Position numbers and translations under genes: made by a program. The notes beneath the pieces were generated by a model. The model ran no database searches. It was given only the letters and a program-made list of their open reading frames with translations, and was not told where the DNA came from. A DNA stretch of 64,000 nt, taken from contig OY829950.1 of assembly GCA_963692475.1 (NCBI GenBank), positions 1,364,554-1,428,553 of the forward strand, read 5' to 3'. Within the stretch, counting starts at the first letter, position 1, and each line of letters begins with the position of its first letter. Source of the DNA: Candidatus Cloacimonadales bacterium. GTDB taxonomy: Bacteria; Cloacimonadota; Cloacimonadia; Cloacimonadales; JAFGVF01. Shown piece by piece: positions 56,006 to 64,000 of the stretch.

Positions 56006-56063
56006 CCACTATTCTCCTTTGATTATAATCTCCTGCAAATTGAGATATTGTTTTGTAAAAGTA

Positions 56064-56495
56064 TTAGTCTTCGACCAATACTCCCATACTCCTTGCAGTC
56101 CCAGCGATCATGCGCATAGCAGATTCAAGGGAAAAACTATTTAAATCTTGTGCTTTTAATTCAGCGATTTTTTTGCATTGTTCTTTAGTAATCTTTCCAA
56201 CTTTATCCTTATTAGGAACAGATGAACCTTTTGCAAGGTTAGCTTCTTTCTTTATAAGAACAGCTGCTGGAGGAGTCTTAATTTCAAATACAAATGACTT
56301 GTTTTTGAAAACACTGATAACAACAGGGAATATCATTCCAGGTTGATCAGCTGTTCTAGCATTAAACTGTTTACAAAAATCAGGAATATTCACTCCAGCC
56401 TGACCTAATGCAGGTCCCACGGGAGGTGCCGGGGTTGCTTTTCCAGCAGGTAACTGAAGTTTGACAACATGTGTTACACCTTTTAATTTAGCCAT
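56064..56495 (-). CDS. rplK: 50S ribosomal protein L11
   Basis: [26 protein letters not shown]. Confidence 0.96.
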   Translation of the reverse strand: MAKLKGVTHVVKLQLPAGKATPAPPVGPALGQAGVNIPDFCKQFNARTADQPGMIFPVVISVFKNKSFVFEIKTPPAAVLIKKEANLAKGSSVPNKDKVGKITKEQCKKIAELKAQDLNSFSLESAMRMIAGTARSMGVLVED

Positions 56496-56563
56496 AACTA
56501 CCTCTTTTTTTTATTAGTCCAAAGTCTTAAGCTCAAAGTAAAACCTAGGACTTTGAACTTAAA

Positions 56564-57085
56564 CTATTTCTTTCTCTCAACCTGTTCGCCGTTAACTTCA
56601 ACAGGAGTAATCCTACCGAAAACGGAAACATTAACAGAAATTTTTCCTGAAGATTGATCGACTTTATCTACAACGCCTTCAAAATCAGTAAAAGCACCAG
56701 CGATAATCTTTACCATATCGCCTGGCATGAAATCAAATTGGGTTGTAGAATCATCTCTATCATTTATTCCAAGTAATCTATTAACTTCTTTTTCATCTAG
56801 AGGAATTGGTTTTTTTCCATATCCTAAGAAGTTAGTAACACCTGAAATTGATTTTATGAAAGCATAAACCTTTGGTTCCATTTCCGCTTCAATAATTATG
56901 TAGGAGTTAAATATTTTTTTCTCTGTCTCGATTTTCTTTCCATCTCTGATTATAAAGGTCTTTTGAGTTGGAACTAATATCTGTCCGATAAAATCTTCTA
57001 AATCAGTTCCTACAATACTTTTTTCTATTGTTTCTTTTACTTTATTTTCATGAGATGAGAAAGTGTGTACAACGTACCATTGCAT
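56564..57085 (-). CDS. nusG: transcription termination/antitermination factor NusG
   Basis: MQWYVVHTFSSHENKVKE (NGN domain) and a C-terminal KOW motif (GDMVKIIAGAFTDFEGVV). Confidence 0.93.
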   Translation of the reverse strand: MQWYVVHTFSSHENKVKETIEKSIVGTDLEDFIGQILVPTQKTFIIRDGKKIETEKKIFNSYIIIEAEMEPKVYAFIKSISGVTNFLGYGKKPIPLDEKEVNRLLGINDRDDSTTQFDFMPGDMVKIIAGAFTDFEGVVDKVDQSSGKISVNVSVFGRITPVEVNGEQVERKK

Positions 57086-57098
57086 AATAACTATCCCC

Positions 57099-57284
57099 TT
57101 ATTTAAATAAGGTTTCAGTTATCAGGGTATTAAAAACTACATCAACTACCATTAAAAATATACTTGTAATAATAGTCATAGTTAAAACAACTGTTGTACC
57201 TTCAGAAATATCTGGCTTCTTAGGCCATGATATTGTAACAAGTTCTTGGCGAACTTCTTTTAAAAAAGTTGATATTTTTTCCAT
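57099..57284 (-). CDS. secE: preprotein translocase subunit SecE
   Basis: Start placed at the ATG at 57284 (MEKISTFLKEVRQELVTISWP...), preceded by GGAAG. The track start at 57332 is TTG. Single C-terminal TM. Position between tRNA-Trp and nusG. Confidence 0.8.
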   Translation of the reverse strand: MEKISTFLKEVRQELVTISWPKKPDISEGTTVVLTMTIITSIFLMVVDVVFNTLITETLFK

Positions 57285-57370
57285 ATTTCTTCCGTCTTTC
57301 TTTGCAGATTTTATAAATTTTAAAATGGGCAAAAAGCCAGTAGAATACTCTACTGACTTTGCCTAATCTA

Positions 57371-57446
57371 TGGCAGGACAGGCAGGACTCGAACCCGCAA
57401 CACCTGGTTTTGGAGACCAGTGCTCTACCAATTGAACTACTATCCT
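57371..57446 (-). tRNA. tRNA-Trp (CCA anticodon)
   Basis: Reverse complement AGGATAGTAGTTCAATTGGTAGAGCACTGGTCTCCAAAACCAGG...GGTTCGAGTCCTGCCTGTCCTGCCA. Cloverleaf folds by eye, and the anticodon loop is CUCCAAA. Confidence 0.9.
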
Positions 57447-57455
57447 GTATTTCTA

Positions 57456-57605
57456 CTATTTATTCTGCTTATGTGTAGTGTGTTTTCTACAAGCTGGACA
57501 GAATTTCTTTAATTCCAGTTTTCCTGGGTTTTTTCTTTTATTTCTGGTAGTTGTATAGTTTCTATTTTTACACTCTGTACATTCCAGAATTATAATATCT
57601 CTCAT
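57456..57605 (-). CDS. rpmG: 50S ribosomal protein L33
   Basis: Not in the ORF track (49 aa). [49 protein letters not shown] has the two CxxC pairs typical of L33. Confidence 0.9.
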   Translation of the reverse strand: MRDIIILECTECKNRNYTTTRNKRKNPGKLELKKFCPACRKHTTHKQNK

Positions 57606-57635
57606 TATTTACCTTCTTAGCTAATAAGGTTTGAA

Positions 57636-58817
57636 TTAGTCAATTACGGATGCAACAACACCAGCACCAATAGTTCTTCCACCTTCACGAATAGCAAAGC
57701 GTAAACCTTGTTCTAAAGCGATAGGAACAATAAGTTCTGCACCGATAGATACATTATCACCAGGCATAATCATTTCAACACCTTCAGGAAGTTTCAAAGA
57801 ACCTGTAACGTCAGTTGTTCTGAAGTAGAATTGAGGTCTATAACCATCGAAGAATGGTTTGTGTCTTCCACCCTCATCTTTAGTAAGGATATATGTTTCG
57901 CCTGTAAATTTTGTGTGAGGATTAACTGATTTTGGTTTAGCAAGAACCATACCTCTTTCAATGTCAGTTTTAGCAAAACCACGAAGAAGACAACCGATGT
58001 TATCACCAGCTTCAGCTTGGTCCATGATTTTTCTGAACATTTCAACACCAGTACAAGTTGTTTCAACAGTTTCTCTGATACCAACTCTTTCGATTTTGTC
58101 ACCAGTTTTTACTACACCACGTTCAACACGACCAGTAGCAACTGTTCCACGACCAGGAATTGAGAATACATCTTCAACAGGCATCAAGAATGGTTTGTCC
58201 ACGTCTCTGTCTGGTTCTGGAATGTAAGCATCAATTGCATCTACAAGTTCTTGAATTTGAGCTTCACCTTCTGGATCGCCATTAAGACCTTTAAGAGCTG
58301 AACCTCTGATAAAAGGAACATCATCTGGGAAACCATATTTTTCAAGAAGTTCTCTAACTTCCATTTCAACTAATTCAAGAAGTTCCTCATCATCAACAAG
58401 GTCACATTTATTCATAAATACAACCATAGCTGGAACACCAACTTGTCTTGCAAGAAGAATGTGTTCTTTTGTTTGAGGCATAGGACCGTCAGCAGCACTA
58501 ACAACGAGGATAGCACCGTCCATCTGAGCAGCACCAGTAATCATATTTTTCACATAGTCAGCGTGACCTGGGCAGTCAACGTGAGCATAGTGGCGTTTAT
58601 CTGATTCATATTCAACGTGAGCAGTAGCAATAGTGATTCCACGCTCTTTTTCTTCAGGTGCATTATCAATAGAATCGAATGATCTGAATGTAGCACCAGT
58701 TTTCTTACTTAAATATAGTGTTATTGCAGCAGTTAAAGTAGTTTTACCATGATCAACGTGACCAATAGTACCAACATTAACATGAGGTTTTGTTCTAACA
58801 AATTTTTGCTTTGCCAT
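57636..58817 (-). CDS. tuf: elongation factor Tu
   Basis: [18 protein letters not shown] and NKCD. 393 aa. Confidence 0.98.
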   Translation of the reverse strand: MAKQKFVRTKPHVNVGTIGHVDHGKTTLTAAITLYLSKKTGATFRSFDSIDNAPEEKERGITIATAHVEYESDKRHYAHVDCPGHADYVKNMITGAAQMDGAILVVSAADGPMPQTKEHILLARQVGVPAMVVFMNKCDLVDDEELLELVEMEVRELLEKYGFPDDVPFIRGSALKGLNGDPEGEAQIQELVDAIDAYIPEPDRDVDKPFLMPVEDVFSIPGRGTVATGRVERGVVKTGDKIERVGIRETVETTCTGVEMFRKIMDQAEAGDNIGCLLRGFAKTDIERGMVLAKPKSVNPHTKFTGETYILTKDEGGRHKPFFDGYRPQFYFRTTDVTGSLKLPEGVEMIMPGDNVSIGAELIVPIALEQGLRFAIREGGRTIGAGVVASVID

Positions 58818-59007
58818 GTTTCCTCCCGGATTTAGTTATCTTTCTTATTATTTTCAGTTTTGGGTCTATAAGGATTTTGTGTAAACACAAATACACCGCA
58901 CTTATGCGGTCTCTTCCTTATTTAATACTAAGAACAAATTCTATTTCGCAATTATGTTATCTATAATGAATTTATCTTAGTAATTGTTTCTAATTATTAT
59001 TTTCAAG

Positions 59008-59083
<76 letters not shown>

Positions 59084-59095
59084 TTCTTAAAAGTA

Positions 59096-59172
59096 TGGAG
59101 CGGGAAACGGGATTCGAACCCGCGACCCTCAGCTTGGAAGGCTGATGCTCTAGCCAACTGAGCTACTCCCGC
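59096..59172 (-). tRNA. tRNA-Gly (TCC anticodon)
   Basis: Reverse complement GCGGGAGTAGCTCAGTTGGCTAGAGCATCAGCCTTCCAAGCTGAG...GGTTCGAATCCCGTTTCCCGCTCCA. Confidence 0.9.
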
Positions 59173-59230
59173 TTTTTGGCTCGTAATTCTATTTATTATT
59201 AAAATAGCTTTTCATCCACATAAAAAAAAA

Positions 59231-59315
59231 TGGTGGAGAGAGGAGGATTTGAACCTCCGAAGGCTTCGCCGACAGATTTACAGTCTGTTCCCTTTGACCG
59301 CTCGGGAATCTCTCC
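59231..59315 (-). tRNA. tRNA-Tyr (GTA anticodon, long variable arm)
   Basis: Reverse complement GGAGAGATTCCCGAGCGGTCAAAGGGAACAGACTGTAAATCTGT-CGGCGAAGCCTTC-GGAGGTTCAAATCCTCCTCTCTCCACCA. Confidence 0.9.
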
Positions 59316-59321
59316 ACAATA

Positions 59322-59396
59322 TGGAGCCAACGAAGGGAATCGAACCCCCAACCTGCTGATTACAAATCAGCTGCTCTACCATTGAGCCACGTTGGC
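59322..59396 (-). tRNA. tRNA-Thr (TGT anticodon)
   Basis: Reverse complement GCCAACGTGGCTCAATGGTAGAGCAGCTGATTTGTAATCAGC...GGTTCGATTCCCTTCGTTGGCTCCA. Confidence 0.9.
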
Positions 59397-59409
59397 GTGA
59401 ATGTATTGC

Positions 59410-59438
59410 TATAAAATCAAACTCACTTTTCTTGTCAA
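59410..59438 (-). promoter_or_regulatory. candidate promoter of the tRNA-tuf operon (TTGACA-17 nt-TTTATA)
   Basis: On the minus strand, TTGACA is at 59438-59433 and TTTATA at 59415-59410, about 14 nt upstream of the first tRNA. Confidence 0.45.
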
Positions 59439-60164
59439 GACTTTTTTTTCACACTCTGCATTTTTCAAATATCGCACCAAATTCTTAAACAAGCATTATT
59501 TTACCCGTTTTACTGTCAAATACTTTTTTGAAAAAATGTTATTTACCAATAAGTTGAGATTAATTATTACACTTCCTTATCTATCTTAAAAGCTTACAAA
59601 TAAGTCTTTTTTACCTTTTTTTCTGAAAATGCTTTTTACTTTCTCAAATTACTATTTTTCAATATTTTAGTGATTTAATATCTTCTTCGATTTTTTTTTT
59701 ACTTTTTTAATATTTTTCTCATATTTAATATCATTCCAAACCTTTTTTTCCAAATAAATATCTCTAATTTAACTAAAAAGTGAAGTTAAAAAAGTAAATA
59801 ACACTTATCTTAGCAAATCACTATGCCATGAGATTAGTGTTAATTTTACACCAAGACCGTCTTGGTAAGTCACTCAATATATAATTGGAATTACATTGAG
59901 AGACTAATCAGAGTACTTTGAAAGAGACCCAAAAATGGAAAGGAAGTAAGACTATTAGTGATGTTTTTCTACTTTATTAAAGCTAATTGTTATAAACTAT
60001 AAAATCCTCTCTATCTATCTTTATATTGAAGTATCAGATCCTCTTTATAAGCGGAATGAAGCAGTAGACCTTTTCGTGAGATAGTATAATAGAACGTGAA
60101 TTTTCAATATAGTATTCTAACTACATAGCGATATCTCTCTCAGTGGAGGTTTATTTAATCTATT

Positions 60165-61070
60165 TCAAAAGTCCCTTTGAGTTCTTAGCAACTTCCTACT
60201 CAGATTAATAATAACTCCGTTATAAGTATGGTGAGCTATAAGATAGAAAACTGCAGGTAAGGCTGTTATTTCTGAGAAACTAGCTAATGCGATGGTGATT
60301 GTAAGTAAAGTATTTTTATGACCTGTAGTTATTGGTAATGTATATTTCATTTTTGTATTGGATGTTAGAAACCAACCAATAAGATATAGTATTCCTGCCA
60401 GAATGAAAGTTATCGTTATTACTTGAAGTAAATACAGATTATCCATTTCTCTAATTTTTAAAGCTGAACTTCCTACAGCTACGGTAATTAAAAACATCTG
60501 AATCAGAGCCTTGAAAGGATCTATTCTTGTTAAAACAAACTTTTTAACAGCTAAAACTTTTTTAGATAAAAAAGCTAAAATCAAAGGTAAAAAAATAACT
60601 ATTGTTACTCTCCAAAAAATATTCAGGTAATCAATTGAAAGGTTAGTATCTTGGACAAATATTCTGGGAAGAGTAGCAAAAATAAGTGGAGAGAGAATAT
60701 TAAAAATCGTAACATTAGCTACGGAATACTCTATGTCTCCTTTTGCCAACGAAACCATAACAGGAGAAGCTAAAGCTGGAGGGGTTATAACAACAAGTAA
60801 AAAACCAATTTGCAATGAACTATCCATCCAAGCTGTTCCATAATAGACTATAACAGGAAGGATTACCCAGCAAATTAGAGGAAAGATTAAGAGTTCCTTT
60901 CTAAAAAAATTCTTTACTTGAAACTCCATTCTTACGAATGAACAGTATAACAAGAGCATCAAAAATGGGATTATTGCAGGCTTAAAAATTGCCATACCAG
61001 GCACGATAAACCCAAATGCAACAGCGGACAGAAGTAATAATCCTGTCCACCTTTTAACAAATTCTAACAT
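60165..61070 (-). CDS. bile acid:Na+ symporter (BASS/SBF-like) family membrane transporter
   Basis: 301-aa polytopic protein. The block GFLLVVITPPALASPVMVSLAKGD resembles the BASS core signature. Confidence 0.6.
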   Translation of the reverse strand: MLEFVKRWTGLLLLSAVAFGFIVPGMAIFKPAIIPFLMLLLYCSFVRMEFQVKNFFRKELLIFPLICWVILPVIVYYGTAWMDSSLQIGFLLVVITPPALASPVMVSLAKGDIEYSVANVTIFNILSPLIFATLPRIFVQDTNLSIDYLNIFWRVTIVIFLPLILAFLSKKVLAVKKFVLTRIDPFKALIQMFLITVAVGSSALKIREMDNLYLLQVITITFILAGILYLIGWFLTSNTKMKYTLPITTGHKNTLLTITIALASFSEITALPAVFYLIAHHTYNGVIINLSRKLLRTQRDF

Positions 61071-61084
61071 ATTTTATTTGATTC

Positions 61085-62152
61085 CTATTTTAAAATAATT
61101 CCACCACCCAACAACTCATTTTCTTCAGAATAAAAAACTGCTGATTGTCCCGGGGTAACTGACTCTATAGCTTCTTCTAAGATAACAATCGCTTCTTTTC
61201 CTTCAAAAATTAAATCACGAACTAAAACAGGTTTAGAATTATATCTTATCTGTACTAAACTTTTCTTAACCATATTCATATCAGTCTCTAAAAAATGTAA
61301 CTCATTTATCCTAAAAGATGAAACTTTCAAGTCTTCACGATCTGAAGTAACATAAAGAATATTTTTACTAATATCCATGGAGTGAACATAAAGCGTAACA
61401 TTGAGTTTTGTATGCAAGCCTTTCCTTTGACCAATCGTGTAAGCGGTTAGCCCAAGATGCTCTCCAATCACTTCTCCTGTGAGAAGCTTTATTTTTCCAG
61501 GTTTAGCAGGAACTATTTTATTCACAAAATCTAAATAGTGGTCTTTAATAAAGCAAATCTCTTGAGAATCTTTTTTTTCAGCAACGAAGAGATTATTCTC
61601 ACTGGCAATTTTCCTAACTTCATCTTTATTTAGTTTATAAAGGGGAAATATCGTTTTCTCAAATTGCTCTTTTCTTACCCGCCACAGCATATATGTTTGG
61701 TCCTTAGAATTATCTGCTCGATAGATATGAGGTCTATCTTCTCCCTGAATTAGCTTTACATAATGCCCCGTAGCAAAGTAGTCAAATCCATATTCCTTAA
61801 TCTTATCAAAAAAAGCTCCCCATTTAATAGTAGGATTGCAGAGTGTACAAGGATTAGGAGTATTCCCACTTTTATATTGATTCACGAAATCATTTAGTAC
61901 TATTCTCTTAAACTCATCTTTTACATTAATAACAATATGCTTAATATCGAGATGTTGGCAAATTTTCTGAGCATCTTTGGAAGCAGCTAAAGAACCCTCT
62001 TCAGCACTATATCCAAATTCTTCATCATCATACTGAACCATAGTAAAGCCAGCAATATCATAGCCTTCTCGCTTGAGTAAATAAGCAACTACGGAGCTAT
62101 CAACTCCTCCACTCATGGCTACAGCAATTTTTTTATTCTTCAATCCTTTCAA
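61085..62152 (-). CDS. mnmA: tRNA 2-thiouridine(34) synthase MnmA
   Basis: PP-loop IAVAMSGGVDSSV, NPCTLCNPTIKW, and KDQTYMLW. Confidence 0.93.
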   Translation of the reverse strand: MKGLKNKKIAVAMSGGVDSSVVAYLLKREGYDIAGFTMVQYDDEEFGYSAEEGSLAASKDAQKICQHLDIKHIVINVKDEFKRIVLNDFVNQYKSGNTPNPCTLCNPTIKWGAFFDKIKEYGFDYFATGHYVKLIQGEDRPHIYRADNSKDQTYMLWRVRKEQFEKTIFPLYKLNKDEVRKIASENNLFVAEKKDSQEICFIKDHYLDFVNKIVPAKPGKIKLLTGEVIGEHLGLTAYTIGQRKGLHTKLNVTLYVHSMDISKNILYVTSDREDLKVSSFRINELHFLETDMNMVKKSLVQIRYNSKPVLVRDLIFEGKEAIVILEEAIESVTPGQSAVFYSEENELLGGGIILK

Positions 62153-63386
62153 TGTCTGCTCCTAATAATCTTAATTTACCTTCAATATTATCATAACCTC
62201 TATCAATGTGATATATCCTTGAGATAATAGTTTCACCTTCAGCAGCTAAGCCAGCAAGAACTAAGGCAGCAGAAGCACGTAAATCTGTAGCCATAACTTC
62301 TGCACCACTAAGAGATTCGACACCTTCCACTTTTGCTTTACCCTTTTCTTGAGTGATATTTGCTTGAAGTCTATTTAATTCAGGAACATGCATAAAGCGA
62401 TCAGGGAAAATAGTATCTTCTATATAACTTGTTCCTCTTGCTAATGTCATTAGTGCTAAAAATTGCGCCTGTAAATCGGTAGGAAAGGCTGGATGAGGAT
62501 CTGTAACAATATTTACTGGAAGAATAATATCATTAGGGAAAATAGTCATACTTTTTTCTTTTGTTTCTACTTTGAAACCAGCTTGTTGCATCTTGAGAAT
62601 TAAAGCTTCTAAATGCTGAGGGTTACAGTTTTCAACAGTTATTTGACTATTAGTAATAGCCCCAGCAATTAAGAAAGTCCCTGCTTCAATTCGATCTGGC
62701 ATCATCTCCATCCCTATTGGAAAAAGCTCTTTCACACCTTCAATCTCAAGTGTGGTAGTTCCTTTTCCCTGAATTTTAGCACCCATCTTCACTAAAAATT
62801 CTATTAAATTATCAATCTCAGGCTCTTTAGCACAATTACGCATAATAGTCTTGCCTTTGGCTAAAGTAGCTGTCATTAAGATATGACAAGTAGCACCTAC
62901 TGAGACATTATCAAAGTTTATTTCTGCACCTTTTAATTCATCTGTTGTAGCATAAAGATAGCCCTTCTTAGTTTCAAAAGAAGCACCCATTTTTTCTAAA
63001 GCTTTTAAATGTAAGTCAATAGGTCGAGCTCCAATGGCACATCCACCAGGGAAGGAAACTTTTGCCTTTTTGAATTTAACTAACAAAGGACCTAACACAT
63101 AAATAGAAGCACGCATTTGTGAAACCAACTCATAAGGTGCTTCTGGGAAACAAACATCAGCAGTATTCACTTCCATTCTCCCTTGTAAATAATCTACTCT
63201 TGCGCCAATGATTCTTAATAAATGAGCCATTGTCTTTAAATCGACTAATTTTGGAACGTTTGTAAGAACAGTCTTTCCCCTTGTTAGTAAACATGCTGCC
63301 ATTATAGGCAATATGGCGTTTTTAGCACCACTAACTTGAACGGTTCCCTCTAATTTCTTACCACCTTTTATTAAAAACTTCTTCAT
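62133..63386 (-). CDS. murA: UDP-N-acetylglucosamine 1-carboxyvinyltransferase
   Basis: VSGAKNAILPIMAACLL, GGCAIGARPIDLHL (catalytic Cys), and IYHIDRGYDNIEGKL. Confidence 0.95.
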   Translation of the reverse strand: MKKFLIKGGKKLEGTVQVSGAKNAILPIMAACLLTRGKTVLTNVPKLVDLKTMAHLLRIIGARVDYLQGRMEVNTADVCFPEAPYELVSQMRASIYVLGPLLVKFKKAKVSFPGGCAIGARPIDLHLKALEKMGASFETKKGYLYATTDELKGAEINFDNVSVGATCHILMTATLAKGKTIMRNCAKEPEIDNLIEFLVKMGAKIQGKGTTTLEIEGVKELFPIGMEMMPDRIEAGTFLIAGAITNSQITVENCNPQHLEALILKMQQAGFKVETKEKSMTIFPNDIILPVNIVTDPHPAFPTDLQAQFLALMTLARGTSYIEDTIFPDRFMHVPELNRLQANITQEKGKAKVEGVESLSGAEVMATDLRASAALVLAGLAAEGETIISRIYHIDRGYDNIEGKLRLLGADIERIEE

Positions 63387-63513
63387 TTATGCCACCTATA
63401 TCATTATAAATTATTACTTTTTGTCATTTAGCATTTTTGATAAAATAGTGTCAAGAAAAAGTATTTGATGCAATTAGTATAGTAGTACTTTGATGAAATG
63501 GCAGATTCTTTTC

Positions 63514-64000
63514 TTAATAAATCAAAATTCCAATAATACCTGTTAGAATAGTAATTAAAATAGGGTTAGGTTTTTTGTAAAAGGAAAAAGTTAGTACACC
63601 TAAGAAAATTGCAGCACTTTTCCAATCTACAAGAGTTTTTACTCCAATAAACCAAACAGCACTAGCTATAAATCCTATAGTCCCTGGTTTAATCCACGCA
63701 AGAGCTTCTTTTACATATTTATTCTTAGCAAAAATAAAAAAGAAGGTGGCAATGATAAACATAATAATGATAGAGGGAGAAACAACTCCTGCAGTTGCCA
63801 CAAATCCACCTAAAAAGCCTGAAGTCTTCTGTCCGATAAATGTAGCAGAATTAACAGCTATAGGACCAGGAGTTGATTGGGCAACCGCTACTAAATCTAT
63901 AAATTCATGCTCTGTAAGCCACTGTTGATTCTCTACAACTTCTTCTTGGATTAAAGGAAGCATAGCCAAACCACCACCAAAAGCAAAAAGTCCAATTTTA
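63514..64000 (-). CDS. chromate transporter (CHR) family protein, C-terminal part (gene continues beyond the right edge)
   Basis: FAFGGGLAMLPLIQEEVV...WLTEHEFIDLVAVAQSTPGPIAVNSATFIG. The frame is open to position 64000. Confidence 0.8.
   Translation of the reverse strand, partial: KIGLFAFGGGLAMLPLIQEEVVENQQWLTEHEFIDLVAVAQSTPGPIAVNSATFIGQKTSGFLGGFVATAGVVSPSIIIMFIIATFFFIFAKNKYVKEALAWIKPGTIGFIASAVWFIGVKTLVDWKSAAIFLGVLTFSFYKKPNPILITILTGIIGILIY

Noticed and set aside
57285-57332. N-terminal extensions from the ORF track for secE (TTG at 57332) and rplL (ATG at 54767).
   Set aside because: Internal ATGs with proper Shine-Dalgarno sequences (57284 and 54755) give proteins of canonical length and N-termini. 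The 54767 ATG sits inside the RBS itself.
59401-59589. 62-aa ORF next to the tRNA cluster.
   Set aside because: It overlaps the predicted tRNA-operon promoter on the opposite strand. The Phe/Lys/Tyr-rich translation is driven by AT-rich sequence, and there is no RBS.
59600-59760. The T-rich repetitive stretch, considered as a possible CRISPR array or tandem repeat.
   Set aside because: There is no repeated unit of 24 nt or more with unique spacers, only homopolymeric T-tracts at helical phasing. No cas genes are in the window.

Overview
AT-rich bacterial chromosomal segment, densely coding on both strands. The gene content suggests an FCB-superphylum, Cloacimonadota-like organism (inference only). 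The pointers are a giant surface protein ending in a T9SS-type C-terminal sorting domain, a gingipain (C25) mega-peptidase and a short Bacteroidota-style sigma-70 factor. (i) 1-23 kb looks accessory. It holds a DUF2207-like protein, an orphan AsnB-like enzyme, an ABM/Cys-rich/M42 peptidase operon, RmuC, a hybrid histidine kinase and a PP2C phosphatase. It also holds two convergent giant secreted proteins (2094 and 1722 aa) separated by a three-layer pile of mobile elements: an IS3-family IS inside a ~430-bp MITE inside a shorter related MITE. (ii) 23-44 kb starts with a 750-bp ORF-free tract containing a promoter/terminator-bounded small-RNA candidate. Next comes an MrfA/MrfB-like helicase-exonuclease pair whose helicase carries an embedded HNH nuclease module; this is the best candidate for something new. 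The rest is a second MITE-in-MITE, PiT/PhoU-like/Ppx, recA-recX, ThpR, an LruC-domain lipoprotein, TrmH, an HD protein, Ptb, a sigma factor, LysM-M23, acylphosphatase and LytS/LytTR. (iii) 44-64 kb is core genome. The minus strand carries tRNA-Thr/Tyr/Gly/Thr-tuf-rpmG-tRNA-Trp-secE-nusG-rplKAJL-rpoBC-rpsLG, followed by a BASS-type transporter, mnmA, murA and a partial chromate transporter. A second notable observation is that RpoB carries a ~85-aa lineage-specific insertion resembling the C-terminal domain of ribosomal protein L7/L12, whose gene lies immediately upstream. No CRISPR array, rRNA or prophage was seen. All functional calls come from motif recognition by eye; no database search or folding program was run.
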